Assembly: GCA_038087875.1 (NCBI GenBank)
Contig: CM075977.1
Location: forward strand, 111,848,001-111,912,000
Reading direction: 5' to 3'
From: Malacoraja senta
Lineage: Eukaryota
Length of the DNA stretch: 64,000 bases
Positions 48,620-61,503 of this stretch are shown here, in pieces. Within the stretch, counting starts at the first letter, position 1. Every line of letters begins with the position of its first letter. A program made the position numbers and the translations under genes. The notes under the pieces were generated by a model. That model ran no database searches and was not told the DNA's origin. It saw nothing but the letters and a program-made list of their open reading frames with translations.

Positions 48620-48715
48620 TTCCGGTTTTGACGGTATGAGACGGGAATTGGCTTTTGATGGTTTGATACGGGAATTGGCTTTTGATGGTATGATAAGGGA
48701 ATTTGGATAAACTGG
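48620..48715. repeat. Short ~27-bp tandem repeat (3-4 copies)
   Basis: (gggaattggcttttgatggt.tgata)n. Confidence 0.7.
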
Positions 48716-48719
48716 CAAA

Positions 48720-50775
48720 TGATACTTAAAGGTTTGACTATGGACATGCAATGGCAAACATTTTAAGATCGTATGGATGAATTGCAACAATTGTTCACTC
48801 CTGTAGGGCGTAAACATAAAACAGGGGAGACGTCTCAACCGTGGCAAACGATGGAAATTAGGGACAGTGTTAAATCCATGCATATAAATTGGCCAGATAC
48901 AGCAGCAAACCGGTGGACTGGGAGAAATGTAATATTTAAGAGAGGAGAGCAAATGGGTTAATTATGAGGGGGAAATAGAGCATGAAAGAAAGCTTGCGGG
49001 GAAAATATTATTGAAGACAAATGTAGGCCCTTACAGTCAGAAACAGGTTAAATTATAATGGGCAACAAGAATTTGGCAGACCAGTTGAACAAATACTTTG
49101 GTTCTGTCTTCACAAAGGAAGACACAAACATTCTCCCAGAATACAAGGGGACCAATGATATAGTAGGAGGGAGGAAGTGAAGGAATTCCACATGAGTCAG
49201 GAAATGTTGTTAGGTAAACTGTTGGGACTGAAGGCAGGTAAATCCCAAGTGGCCTGATGGTTTTCATCCGAAACAACTCAAGGAGCTGGCCCTCGAAATT
49301 GTGGATTCATTGGTGATAATTTTCCCATGTACTATCGACTGGATCAGTTCGTGTGGATTGGATGGGGGGGGGGGGGGAGGTAGTTAATGTAACCCCACTT
49401 TTTAAGAAAGAATGGAAAGAGAAACCAGGGAATTATAGACCAGTTAGCCTGACATCGGTAGTGGGTAAGATGGTTAAGTCGATTAGTAAAAATGTAACAG
49501 CAGAGCATTTGGAAAGCACTGACATGATCGGTCAAATTCTGCATGGATTCTGGAAGGGGAAACTATGTTTGACTAATCTTCTTGATTTTTTCGAGTATGT
49601 AAGAGGGAAAATGGATAAGGGAGAGCCAATGGATGTGGTGTATCAGGACTTTCTAAAGGCCTTTGAAAAGGTCCCACACAATTGATTAGTGTACAAAATT
49701 AACGCACATGGTATTGGGGGTAGGATATTGTCACGGGGAGAGAACTGGTTGGCAGACAGGAAGTAGGAATTAACGGGCCCTTTGTAGAATGGCAGGCCGT
49801 GACGAGTGAGGTGCTGCAAGGCTCATTGCTGTGATTTTCAATGTAGATTAACGATTTAGGCGAAGGAATTAAGCATCTCCTAGTTTGAGGATGGTAGTGG
49901 TAGTGTGAGCTGCGAGGGGGATTATCTAAGGCTGCAGGGCGAGTTAGGTAGGTTGGATGAGGGAGCAGATGCAGTATAATGTGGATACATTTGAGGTTAT
50001 CCACTTTGGTGGCAAGAACAAGAATGCAGAATATTATCTGAATGATGTCAGATTACGAAAGTGAAAGGTTAAACTAGACCGGTGTTGTACATCTGTCACT
50101 AAAAGTAAGCATACAGGTTAGGCAGGCAGTGAAGAAAGCAACTGGCAAATTCATGGCGAGATGATTTAAGTATAGGAGCAAGGAGGTCCCACTGCAGATG
50201 CACAGGGCCCTGGTGAGAACACACCAGAGCATTGTGTGCAAGTTTGGTCTCCTAGGTTTGCGGATGGACATTCTTGCCATTGAATGAGTACACCGTAAGT
50301 TCATCAGGTTAGTTCCCGGGTTGTCAGGACCGACATATGATGAACTAATGGATCGACTGGGCTTAAATGAAGGAATTAAGAAAGATGAGGATGGATCTTA
50401 TAGAAACAAATACAATTCTTAAGGGATTGGACAGGCTGGATGCAGGAAAAACATTCCTGATGTTGGGGGAGTCAAGAACTATGGGTCACGGTTTAATATA
50501 GGGGAATAAGGGCCATTTAGTACTGAGATGAGGAAAAACGTTTTTTCAGCAAGAGAGTTGTGAATTTGTGGAATTCTTTGCCTCAGAAGGCAGTGGACGC
50601 CAATTCACTGGATGTTTCCAAGAGAGAGTTAGATGTACCGCTTGGGGCTAACAGAATCAACGGATATGGGGAGAAAGCAGGCATGGGGTAATGCTTTTGG
50701 ATGATCAGTCATAATTATATTGAATTACGGTGCTTACTCGATAGGCCGAAAGGCCTACTCCTGCACCTATTTTCT
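48720..50775 (+). mobile_element. CR1 LINE ORF2 (RT) to 3' end, degenerate
   Basis: VTPLFKK..KPGNYRPVSLTSVVGK, HGFWKGKLCLTNLLDFF, DFLKAFEKVPH. Confidence 0.85.
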
Positions 50776-53067
50776 ATGTTTCTATATTTTACTAATGTGT
50801 TCTAAGCACTCTACGAAACCCGTATACCTGCTTTCTGCACTGTGGTAGCAAATAACCTGTTCCATTCTAAATAACTTTATAGCCTCTGTGCCACTATGCT
50901 AAAAAAATCTTGCCTTCTACATTTAGTAGACATGTAGCCTAAACTGACTTAACTCTGGAGAATATTTCTTCTGGGGAATGAACATCCCCCCTGCTCGACG
51001 TCAAACTCTTGTTATGACCTGCTTCTACCATACTATTCGCAAGAGCATCCACGAGAATCTAAGCACATCAGCTGCACTTTTATATACACGGTACTGGACT
51101 CTATTCGGCCCCGGTGCCGAAGAAGCCTTTTAACGCCATATTAGTGCTTCCACTTACTTCCACTTTGATGGCAACACATCTAACTCTATGATTCCTAAGG
51201 TGGTATATCTGGAGGGAAACACGGGCACGATACTGGGCCCCATGACGACAGGCCGAGTCAGTATTCAAACAACGTAAGGTCCGAAAATACAAGGCCCATT
51301 CAGTGTTGGTGTTGCATTATGCCACAAGATGTAGGCCCAATCTCTATTCAAATCACTCTGGGCCCAATAACTTTAGTCGCGGTTACCCTGATAGTGCGCT
51401 GAATGGGCCAAATGCAATCAGCCGAGATTAGTCCAGGATACCCAACTAGTGGAATGAGTGGTTTTGTGGCTCCGTGTGGTAGGCCGATACTACTTCACTT
51501 TGCGGGCCTATACTACCTCACTTACCCGCCGTCAAAGGCCACACCAATGTCAAAGTGAAAGCATACCCAAGATGGGTAACAGGCAGATCGATCTGAACTA
51601 ATTTACTATCCTTTGGAGTAATGTGATCCCAGCTAATTCCAGATGCTGGCGATTAATTCTTAATGTCTATCGCTGTCTCTTGCCCGTTCTAGACTCCATA
51701 CCCAGAATCATACCCACGTACTTTGCTGATCTCTCTGCCGGTGATGGCTATATCAAGTGCACTCACGTAGCTTTGAAATATTTTTTGGAATATTCGGCAG
51801 CAATATAAGAAGGTATTGTGATATTGCTTAGTGCTTGGTGGAGCAGACAGTTCGTCACGACGACCTATTTGTGGAAGATAGCCACTGTATCAGGGGAAGT
51901 TGCGAAAAGCGCTTATTTGGTCGTTCTTCTCCTGGAACTTTGGCACTCAAATATATATGACGTTAACGTCATCGGCCATCCGAGCGCGCAATGGCCGCAA
52001 AATCGATGTGATTCCTGTTCTAATAGCCAGTGACGATTTGAGAGAGATGGTCTTTTGGGAAATGGTGTAACACGAAGAAATACGAGAGCGTATTTAGCGC
52101 AAGGTGCTGGTTTAGTCGAGAAACGAACATAACAAACCAGGTTAGACTTTTTGTTGGTGGACAAAAGTGCTGGAGAAACTCAGCGGGTGCGGCAGCATCT
52201 ATGGAACGAAGGAAATAGGCAACGTTTCGGGCCGAACCCCTTCTTCAGACATTTTGTACTTCCGCTTTTATTTGTGATTTAACATAAAACATATTACAGA
52301 GACGCTTTGAAAAGCATAACACGAAATGGTCAAAATAACTGAATTCCACACTGAGACCAGGTGCACTCAATATTTAGTTCGAGAGTCGAAGGTTAGCTCT
52401 GAATTAAGGAAAGGCCAATTGAGCAGAAAAGGAGTAAATAGATATTTGCTCATACACGGAATATGCGCACGCGTTGGATTGTTGGGTATGTATTTACACG
52501 TGCATTTACATTACATTTTATTTACAGGACTTCGGAATAATGTGGAGGCTTTGGAGAAGATGCATAAAAGGTTTACTTGAATGCTGCAGGGGTTAGAGTT
52601 ATTAGCTATAAGAAGAGGTTGGATAAACATTGATTGATTTCTTTGGAGCGTCGGAGATTTTAGAATAATGACAGGCATAGATAGTGTGTCTGAATTTAAC
52701 ATTAAGTTTCCGATCTCACACGAACAGCGTTCCCGCCTTTCTATGCAACGACATTCAACGCCGGAAGGACACAAATACGGTCCATGATAAAGAAAAGGGG
52801 AATGTAGAGAAATAAAAGTAAAAAGATAAAAAGAAACGAATACCGTTTGAGAAAATCGACTAATTTTTACATGATATTCAAATTACGATTAAAATAGTTT
52901 GAAACATTAAATTTATATTAAAGGCAACTAGGCAATATCTAGCAAGTCAGATGGACAGAATTAACGATTGCTTATGATATTGTCCGCCTCAGATTTGAAC
53001 ATTTTCCTTGGTTACAACGACGTTCATAGATCGGTCAGAAAAATACGCGGTTTTCGACATTGAATCT

Positions 53068-53076
53068 TCACTTGAC
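53068..53076 (-). CDS. IGHM: IgM membrane exon TM2 (V-K-stop)
   Basis: Pyrimidine tract and CAG|GTC AAG TGA; 135-bp intron from TM1. Confidence 0.8.
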   Translation of the reverse strand, partial: VK

Positions 53077-53211
53077 CTGTAAAGAGAGAGAGAGAATATG
53101 AAAGTGCATCAGCAGTCTGTGGCTTAGATGCCAGGACCTTTCCAAAGAGTACGATAATCGATATTTTGCCTACTCTTCAATCACGTGGAAAAGTAGGTGG
53201 ACTGAAATTAC

Positions 53212-53339
53212 CTTCGCCAGAGTTAAGGCAGCGCCGTAGGAAATGCTCAGGAAGAACAGGATAATGAATGTGGAAGCGGTTCTCCAGATGTTGTCTCTGT
53301 CTTCCTCATTGTCCTCAAGACGAACGTTGTCGGCGTAAT
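53212..53339 (-). CDS. IGHM: IgM membrane exon TM1
   Basis: DYADNVRLEDNEEDRDNIWRTASTFIILFFLSISYGAALTLAK: acidic spacer plus conserved antigen-receptor TM motif; CAG acceptor, AAG|GTAATT donor; 128 bp, phase 1 to 0. Confidence 0.9.
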
Positions 53340-54036
53340 CTGTGGAAAGCAGAACGCGAAGACGTTCACAACGTATTCTAATAGAGAACATTGTATTGTA
53401 TTTATTATTTACCAAAATAATATAATATTTATATTAGGGATATTAATTTACTATGAACTGTTTTTGCGTTGAGGTGATCATGCTCAACAATTGTATACAA
53501 AATCATGGCGACGTAGCCACAGCAGCTAAAAAAGAACCGTTTATGAATAGTTTTGGAGAAAGCCATGTGTATGTATATTTCTGGGATTAATTATTCATTC
53601 TATAAACGTCCGCTTCCCATTAATATAATTTACTAACCGGGATGGTATAAAAATTTAAGCTGGTTATTGCTTACAATGTTATCAGATAACCCTTTATTTG
53701 GAGATGGTGACCGTTGCTCGGCGAAAGAGGTCACTAAATGCAAACATTGGATCCCAAAAAATTGCCATAATTCCCACATTAGAACCCTGTTGTCTGATGT
53801 ATCCTGTTTTCGGTTAGTGGATGAAGGAAGGCTTATGTACAAAAAATAGCTTTAAACCATTTTATAGGCATTATTTTTGCAGTGTAAAATATGAAGCATG
53901 AATGATCTACGGTTACACTTAATTTTTAAGAACGCGTGTAAAACTACTGGTTAAATTATCTGAATGGCCCTTCCGTTTGCCTGTAACTAGGTAGATGTGT
54001 GTCATTAAATATAAGTTTGCCTAAATCCTAACATCG

Positions 54037-54254
54037 NNNNNNNNNNNNNNNNNNNNNNNNNNNNNNNNNNNNNNNNNNNNNNNNNNNNNNNNNNNNNNNN
54101 NNNNNNNNNNNNNNNNNNNNNNNNNNNNNNNNNNNNNNNNNNNNNNNNNNNNNNNNNNNNNNNNNNNNNNNNNNNNNNNNNNNNNNNNNNNNNNNNNNNN
54201 NNNNNNNNNNNNNNNNNNNNNNNNNNNNNNNNNNNNNNNNNNNNNNNNNNNNNN
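54037..54254. other. Assembly gap (218 N)
   Basis: Run of N. Confidence 1.
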
Positions 54255-54789
54255 TATAATGCGTGCTTTGTTGTGGAAAATCTATTTCAACATCAATCAG
54301 CATTTATGAAGAAGAAAATTATAATATGAGCCAATATACTGTAACTACTGACGTGTATTGTCACAGGAAATTTGCTTTGAAAGTCTATTGGTATTAAAAT
54401 GAGTGCCAAAATGTATCTGTTGCATTAATGTGGGGTTTTTGTGCCAATATGCGCTTTTAGCTAACCGTTCCGATTATTAAATTCATTTCACTTGCACTTT
54501 ATGTGCAATGTGACGAATAAAACTGATTGTGATTGTGATTGTGATATTTTGCATTTCAAACAATGTTTGATTGCTGGTCTGTTTAGGTGGATGTCTACGT
54601 GCTATGGGGTATATATGTCGTAAATTGCGTGTTATGTATATTTCTATGCGACCCCATAAATTATTTTATTTTCGTACGCTTGCTGATGTTTTGTGGTTAG
54701 TATTCTTCGTGTACATCTGGGAGAGAGCTGGATACGGATGTGGCCTTGTTTAATGTTCGAGCCGCCGTGCTATTCAATCTCTCGCCGCA

Positions 54790-55690
54790 TCTGATAGAAA
54801 CATAGAAACATAGAAAATAGGTGCAGGAGTAGGCCATTCGGCCCTTCGAGCCTGCACCGCCATTCAATATGATCATGGCTGATCATCCAACCCAGTATCC
54901 TGTACCTGCCTTCTCTCCATACCCCCTGGTCCCTTTAGCCACAAGGGCCAATATAGCCAATGAACTGGCCTCAACTACCTTCTGTGGCAGAGAGTTCCAG
55001 AGATTCACCACTCTCTGTGTGAATAATGTTTTTCTCATCTCGATCCTAAAGGATTTCCCCTTTATTCTTAAACTGTGACCCCTTGTCCTGGACTTTCCCA
55101 ACATCGGGAACAATCTTCCTGCATCTAGCCTGTCCAACCCCTTAAGAATTGTGTACGTTTCTGCAAGATCCCCCCTCAATCTTCTAAATTCTAGCGAGTA
55201 CAAGCCGAGTCTATCCACTCTTTCTTCATATGAAAGTCCAGACATCCCAGGAATCAGTCTGGTGAACCTTCTCTGTACCCCCTCTATGGCAAGAATGTCT
55301 TTCCTCAGATTTGGAGACCAAAACTGTACGTAATACTCCAGGTGTGGTCTCTCCAAGACCCTGTACAACTGCATTAGAACCCCCCTGCTCCTATACTCAA
55401 ATCCTTTTGCTATGAATGCTAACATACCATTCACTTTCTTCACTGCCTGCTGCACCTGCATGCCTACTTTCAATGACTTGTGTACCATGACACCCAGGTC
55501 ACGTTGCATCTCCCCTTTTCCTAATCGGCCACCATTTAGATAATTGTCTACTTTCCTGTTTTTGCCACCAAAGTGGATAACCTCACATTTATCCACATTA
55601 TACTGCATCTGCCATGCATTTTCCCACACCCAGCCTAGCCAAGTCACCTTGCAGCCCCCTAGCATCCTCCTCACAGCTAACACTGCCCCG
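54790..55690 (-). mobile_element. CR1 LINE 3' portion
   Basis: 279-aa ORF with QYNVDKCEVIHFG and RPHLEYYVQFWSP; (GAAACATA)n tail. Confidence 0.9.
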
Positions 55691-56007
55691 CATTTGGCTC
55701 TGTTCGTATTCTCAATGGTCACTCATAGCGGTTATCCCATTAATCGCCTGCACACCTTGCCATGATCGTTTAATAACTGAACGGCACAGCATTCTCGACC
55801 AGGAGTTAAATGGCCCACTTCTTCATGCGAACAATCTATAATGGTGACACTTTATTCTTGATCTTCAGGTTCCACTTATTTGTACTTGGAACTACGTTGC
55901 TTTCAATGCACTGATGTAGGCTGTTTCTGCTCTACGTTCCTGAAGACATTCAGCATCATCTACATCAAAGGAGCGATTACATTCTCTTCGCATTTATTCC
56001 TCTCTCA

Positions 56008-56237
56008 NNNNNNNNNNNNNNNNNNNNNNNNNNNNNNNNNNNNNNNNNNNNNNNNNNNNNNNNNNNNNNNNNNNNNNNNNNNNNNNNNNNNNNNNNNNNN
56101 NNNNNNNNNNNNNNNNNNNNNNNNNNNNNNNNNNNNNNNNNNNNNNNNNNNNNNNNNNNNNNNNNNNNNNNNNNNNNNNNNNNNNNNNNNNNNNNNNNNN
56201 NNNNNNNNNNNNNNNNNNNNNNNNNNNNNNNNNNNNN
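56008..56237. other. Assembly gap (230 N)
   Basis: Run of N. Confidence 1.
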
Positions 56238-56781
56238 GCTTTGTGTTCATATATATTGAATACATGGCACTATGTAAACGTTTCGTGTTATTTTGCAGAT
56301 GGGCGTTCATATAAAACTGTGCATGCGCATGTTAATCTATATGTGGAAATAGAAATATGTGCAGAATTATGCGTGACAGACGCACGGCAAATTGCACGTT
56401 CCCCTCATGAGGGCGGAGCAGGGTGGGTGGCTATTGTTTTCTCGGAGCGGCTGGCCCTACAAAGCGCAACGTCTGAGATCCTACCTCAGGTCTGAATGGA
56501 TTGGAAACAGGTGAACGAGGGAAACGGAGATCGAAAGACATGGACCTATATCTCCCCAGCAAGAGCAATAATGTTGAAGTGTGTTAGCGATTCGTGCAGT
56601 GGTGCAGCTGTGAAATATCTCCAAACCCCCGAAGTTACTGTGCAATCTGCATCCGTTTTCCGTGAATTGTCGCCAAGATTTTCAAGTATCAACGTTAGTA
56701 TATAGTCATCGTTTTGGCAAATGTATCTATATAATTAATTGGGTGGCCATGTGTTCAGCTCAAGATTGGAAGTTAAAGGTG

Positions 56782-56797
56782 TTTATTAGTATTTATT
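56782..56797 (-). terminator. Candidate poly(A) signals of the secreted IgM form
   Basis: Two AATAAA on the minus strand (56792-56797 and 56782-56787), about 30-40 nt after the stop. Confidence 0.55.
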
Positions 56798-56824
56798 TCA
56801 GAGAAAAATGCAACTAATCCATTC

Positions 56825-57216
56825 TCATTGACAGGAATTGACCGTGTCCATCAATACAAGGGAAACGTTAACAAAACTGGGTTTACCGCTGGACATATTG
56901 ACCGTTCTGACGATGGTCTTCATGGGGAGTGCTTCGTGCCCCACCAGACAGGAGAAGGAGGCTCCGCTAGCCCACTGCTCTGCCCCAACAGATAATAGGC
57001 TGTACGTGAAGAAGGTGTCATTGCCGTTCTCCGCCACCACCTCGGTGTTCCGGTACTTGCTCCAATGCACCCGCTTGTCATCAACTGTCCACGTGACGAA
57101 GACCCTGCGAGGGGAGAATCCTCTCACAAAGCAGGTAAGAGTGATAGTTTTGTGAGCGGAGATTTCTTTTGTCGGCGGCAGAAGGACTGAGACGGACGGT
57201 GTCAGCATCTGTTGAC
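56825..57216 (-). CDS. IGHM: IgM Cmu4 plus secretory tailpiece (intact)
   Basis: CGTAG|GT acceptor; [27 protein letters not shown]; tail [20 protein letters not shown] with NVS glycosylation site and penultimate Cys; internal donor G|GTAAAC at 56887/56886 for TM splicing. Confidence 0.92.
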
Positions 57217-58478
57217 CTACGGAACAATTCAAATGACGTTTATTGCAATAGACAGTTATAGCGATTAAACGCTTATATATTCGTACGTGACTGAACTGCC
57301 AACCGATAGTATTAACTTTATTGCATTTCCCTTTTGTGACGTCTCTTTGTTCAGACATATACACCTGAATGTGCGTCTCTCCTGTGCAAGGCAGAAGATT
57401 TGTATGAATAACTTCAAACATTTCACAACACAATATCAAGCCATTCGCCCTCTCTGATCCGTGTTATTTCTGATGACGATGGTTGTCTCCTGTCACTTGT
57501 GTTATTTATTGCCAAATGCAGTTCTACATTGGTTCACATGTCTCATTCAATTGCCAAGAGCAACTGAATAAGATTTTATCAAACCATCGTCGTAGTCAGT
57601 GGATGCCAGCAGAGAATGTTAGCATACAAAGTGAAGTGCATTTTCGAAAACGATGCAAATGATGGAATTCTAAAATGAATTCAGGGATCGCAGGAAACAA
57701 TGAACACGTTAGACAGTGTGTACGCAAAGAGACTGTAAGGGATGCTTTTGTATGACGTGGGGAAAATGACTCATTCTTAAGTTACAGAGAATATGTGGAA
57801 GGGAGTTGAGAGGGGAAAGGGAATTACGAAATGGGCAATTTGAGCTGGACAATACAAGTAAAATGGAAAAAAAACTCAGAGACTCTTGGTCTACGGCCTT
57901 CCTCGGAGTAATACCTAATCCCTATAGCAAGCTATCAGAATGGCATTCCTCCGACCGTCTTTGCAGGTGCAGACCATTGGAGTCAATATTAAATTTTATT
58001 CCCGATATGCGGCATCTGAAGTTTTTTTAATTTTTTATTTCGTTTCATGTGCCTCGCTTAGAAAAGGGCGATTTTGCTGCAAGTGAGCATCTGCGAAATA
58101 CTCTCGCCATCGCCACATGGTAATTTGGTAGGCAACCCCATATTCCTGCAAATTAGAACGCCGTGCGCTTTTAAAAAAATGTTGCAATGTTCCCCATATT
58201 GTGCCACAGACCAGACACAACGTATCCGCACGTTGACTCTCGCAGCGAATTATCATGATGTTACCATTAACCTGTCCGCACCTCATATTCACTGCAAAGT
58301 CATCTCGCATTCTCTCTTTTGACCAAGGACTCGGTGAAGTCTCAGCACTATTTCCTTTTGCATAGATATTGCTTCGCGGACGGACTGATCTTAATCATTA
58401 ATTTTAGCTTTATCTCAGGAGAAAAGTGCAGCAGTCGCCTCTGGCCCACATAACCTCTCTGCAACTACCCCGGCTCAC

Positions 58479-58781
58479 CTTTCTTCCAGTTGATTCGTTC
58501 ACTTTTTGGAGTCGGCATATCCTCATGGTTCACCACGCATTCGAAATAATCCCGACTCAGCCAGTCATGAGTCGAAACGTTCACTTTGCTCTCCACGCTC
58601 TCTGCAAGTCCTGTGGGCTGGATCTCTGATTCCAAAGGTATCTACATGCGGTTCCAAGATACTTTGATACCATCAGGTGCATCGGATACCAGGCAGGTTA
58701 ACGTCACGCTCATCCCCATTAACTCGTGTTCAACAGGTGTAGGAAGGATTGTAATCTTTGGTTCGCCGTAGGAGCTATCAT
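58479..58781 (-). pseudogene. IGHM: IgM Cmu3 exon with an in-frame stop
   Basis: 303 bp, intact splice sites; [39 protein letters not shown]; TAG at 58644-58642. Confidence 0.88.
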
Positions 58782-58899
58782 CTGTGGCGCAATAATTAAT
58801 GTTAACATAAGCATTTCCAGGAGTAAGGGGGGGGGGAACTAGAGGTATTAATAGGTACAATTAAAAAACAAGTATCTCTGCCTCCTTGCCAATGATGAC

Positions 58900-61090
58900 C
58901 CACTTCTACCTTCTCCACCGGCTTCCTCCTCTTGGACTTCACCGGACGGTCTTCTACCCTCCTGGACATTTTCATTCCTAACTTCTGACGTGGCATCGGC
59001 CGTTTTAACGGTTCCATTCCCCTTACCAACACGGACTATGCAGCACTCTGACATTAGCATCAAACTCGCCGACAAGGGAGGTGCCTTGGTCGTCTGGCGA
59101 GCTGCCCTCTACCGGCTGAGGCCAGAACCCAACACTTGGACACCTCCTACTTAACGCTGGATCATGGCTCCACAGACCAGGCCATTATCTCGCAGACCCT
59201 CTTTAATGTTCTCACTTCCGACTGTCCGCCTACAAAGCCACAGTACCTTATCGTTCCTCGGCCCGCAAGGCGCGGTATCACCTGCTCCCCAAAATCCATT
59301 AATTGTTTCTGCCAACTCCTGTCCCACTGAAATCATTTCCATGCACAGCGACTCCATCCTATCTCCTCTGATCCAATCCCTCCCGACATATGACCAAGAC
59401 ACGTCGCACGTCCTCCGTCTCTTCAATTAATTCCATACTCCAGCCCCTAGTGCCCTCAACTTTACTATGGACGTTCAGTCAATCTAAACATCCATCCCTC
59501 ACCAGGGAGGGCTTAATGCCCTACGGTTCTTCATGGACCGCAGAACCAGCTAATTTCCGTCCACTAACATTCTAATCCGCTCATTCACACCATCGTCTCA
59601 TTAGAATCCTCCCAATTCCACCAAATCAAATGCGTACGCAATGGGCCCGTATTGGCCCCAGATATGGCTGCCTCTTTCTCCGGTACATTTACGACTCCAA
59701 AAGGTCTACTTCCTGCACCAATGCAGAACTCACGGACCTCATTATCATCATTACCAATTTCCAGCCTGCACTCAAATTCACTTGGACAATCTCCGACCTC
59801 CCTCCACTTTCTTGGTCTCACCGTCTCCATCATAGGAGAAAGCTATCGTCAAACGTCTATTACAAACCTACGGACAACCACAGCTTGCTGGACGACACTT
59901 CTCATCCTGCCTCCTGCAAAGACTATAACCCCTGGTCACTTATCCTCTCTCTCCATCGCATCTGCACCTAAGATATGCTATACCATACCAGAACATCCGA
60001 AATGTCCTCATTCTTTAGGGAACCGGGTTTCCCCTCTTCTATCATAGATGATGCCCTCACCCATGTCTCCTCAGTATCCCGCAGCACCGCTCTTTCTCAC
60101 ACCCCCTCCCCCCGTCTCAACAGGGACGAAGTCCCCATAGTCCTCACCTTTCACTGTCAGACGTTGTATACTGCATATCAACCTCCGAAATTTTTAGCCA
60201 CCTCCAACGGGATTTCACCATCGATCATACATTTCTATCTCCACACCTTTCCGCCATTCTCGGAGAACATTCCCTCCGCAACTCCCTGTTTAATTCATCC
60301 CTTCCTGCAGCAATCATCCCACCCCTTGCAACAGCAGGTGACGCGACATTTATCCAGGTAACTCCTCACTCTACTTCATCCAGGGACCCCGACAATCCTT
60401 TCAGATGAGGTAGAAGTCACTTGCACCTCCACCAACCACTGTATCCGCTGTACTAGATGATGGTTCCTGTACATCTGTGAATCAAAGCGTAGACTGTGGC
60501 GGTCGTTTCGATGAACACCTTCGCTCTCTCCGCCTTGCCCTAGGCGATCACCAGCTTGCCAAACACATTAAAACCCCATCCCATTCCCACGCTGTCCTTT
60601 CTGTCCTGGGCTTCCTCCACTGTGAGAGTGAAGCTAAACGCAAATTGGAGGAACGACACCTCATATTTCGCTTCGGCAAGCTAAAACTCAGCGGTATCAT
60701 TACTAATTTCTCTAATTTCAAGTACCCCTGGCATTCCATCTCCCTCCGTCCACCTCATATCCTAGTCATTCTACTAGTTTCACTGCGGTCCTGTTTCGTT
60801 TCACTATTTGTATCTACTCGTTTTCACCATTTCCAGAACAACAATGGACCATTGTGGCCTCGACCTTTCGTTGTTCATCGTTGCTGGCTTTGATATGTTC
60901 TTTTCATACCTTTCATTTATTTGTTTGTTTGTACATTCTCATACCTCTAATTTCCCTCTCCTCTGATTCTGAGTCGGAAGAAGTCTCGACTCGAATCGTC
61001 ACCTATTACTTTTCTCTGCAGATGCCTAACGCGCTGTTACTCCGGATTATGTGACTACTTTCGGTGTAAACCAGCATCTGAACTTCCTTC
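58900..61090 (+). mobile_element. Penelope-like element in the Cmu2-Cmu3 intron, degenerate
   Basis: RT-like segments, GIY-YIG remnants at ~60420-60700 and the same terminal repeat as the other copies. Confidence 0.75.
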
Positions 61091-61186
61091 CTGCACGTGG
61101 GCTTTCACAATGTCAGTGAGGTTCTACCGCCGTGAGTGCTAATGTTTACATTAATACCCGAGACACACCGCGGATGGATTTCTTAC

Positions 61187-61503
61187 CTGGAGACCTACTG
61201 ATGTTTTGACTTTTCAAATCTTTTCCATGGTTGACTTGGCAGGTATAGACGGAACCTCCAAACAACTCTCCAGCTGGGAATGTCAACTGGCTGGTCGCCC
61301 AGAAGTTACCTTTTTCGTTCACCTGGAAGGCGGGAGAGGTGACGATGCTAGAATCCAATGGCTTTCCATTCTTCAGCCAGTTCACAGTAAATTTCGCTGG
61401 GGTGAAATCGTTGACCAAACACACGGGATCGCTTTTCTGCTGCGCTTGATTTCATCAAGGGCAGTTATGGTAATGGTGACGGTCGGATGATGTACCACGC
61501 GTT
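61187..61503 (-). pseudogene. IGHM: IgM Cmu2 exon with a 1-bp deletion
   Basis: 317 bp (318-1). RVVHHPTVTITITALDEIKRSRKAI, then a frameshift at ~61425, then VCLVNDFTP..VNWLKNGK..YTCQVNH; donor G|GTAAGA. Assignment as Cmu2 rests on exon order. Confidence 0.85.

Noticed and set aside
51000-51600. Cluster of GGCCC(A) motifs between TM2 and the CR1
   Set aside because: No termini, ORF or periodicity could be established; probably an unclassified repeat fragment.
56825-57439. 204-aa ORF as a single-exon protein
   Set aside because: The N-terminal ~74 aa are intron read-through; the real exon starts at the 57216 acceptor.
57653-57660. Octamer ATGCAAAT in the Cmu3-Cmu4 intron
   Set aside because: A few chance hits are expected in 64 kb (another lies inside a repeat at 21084), and there is no supporting motif cluster.
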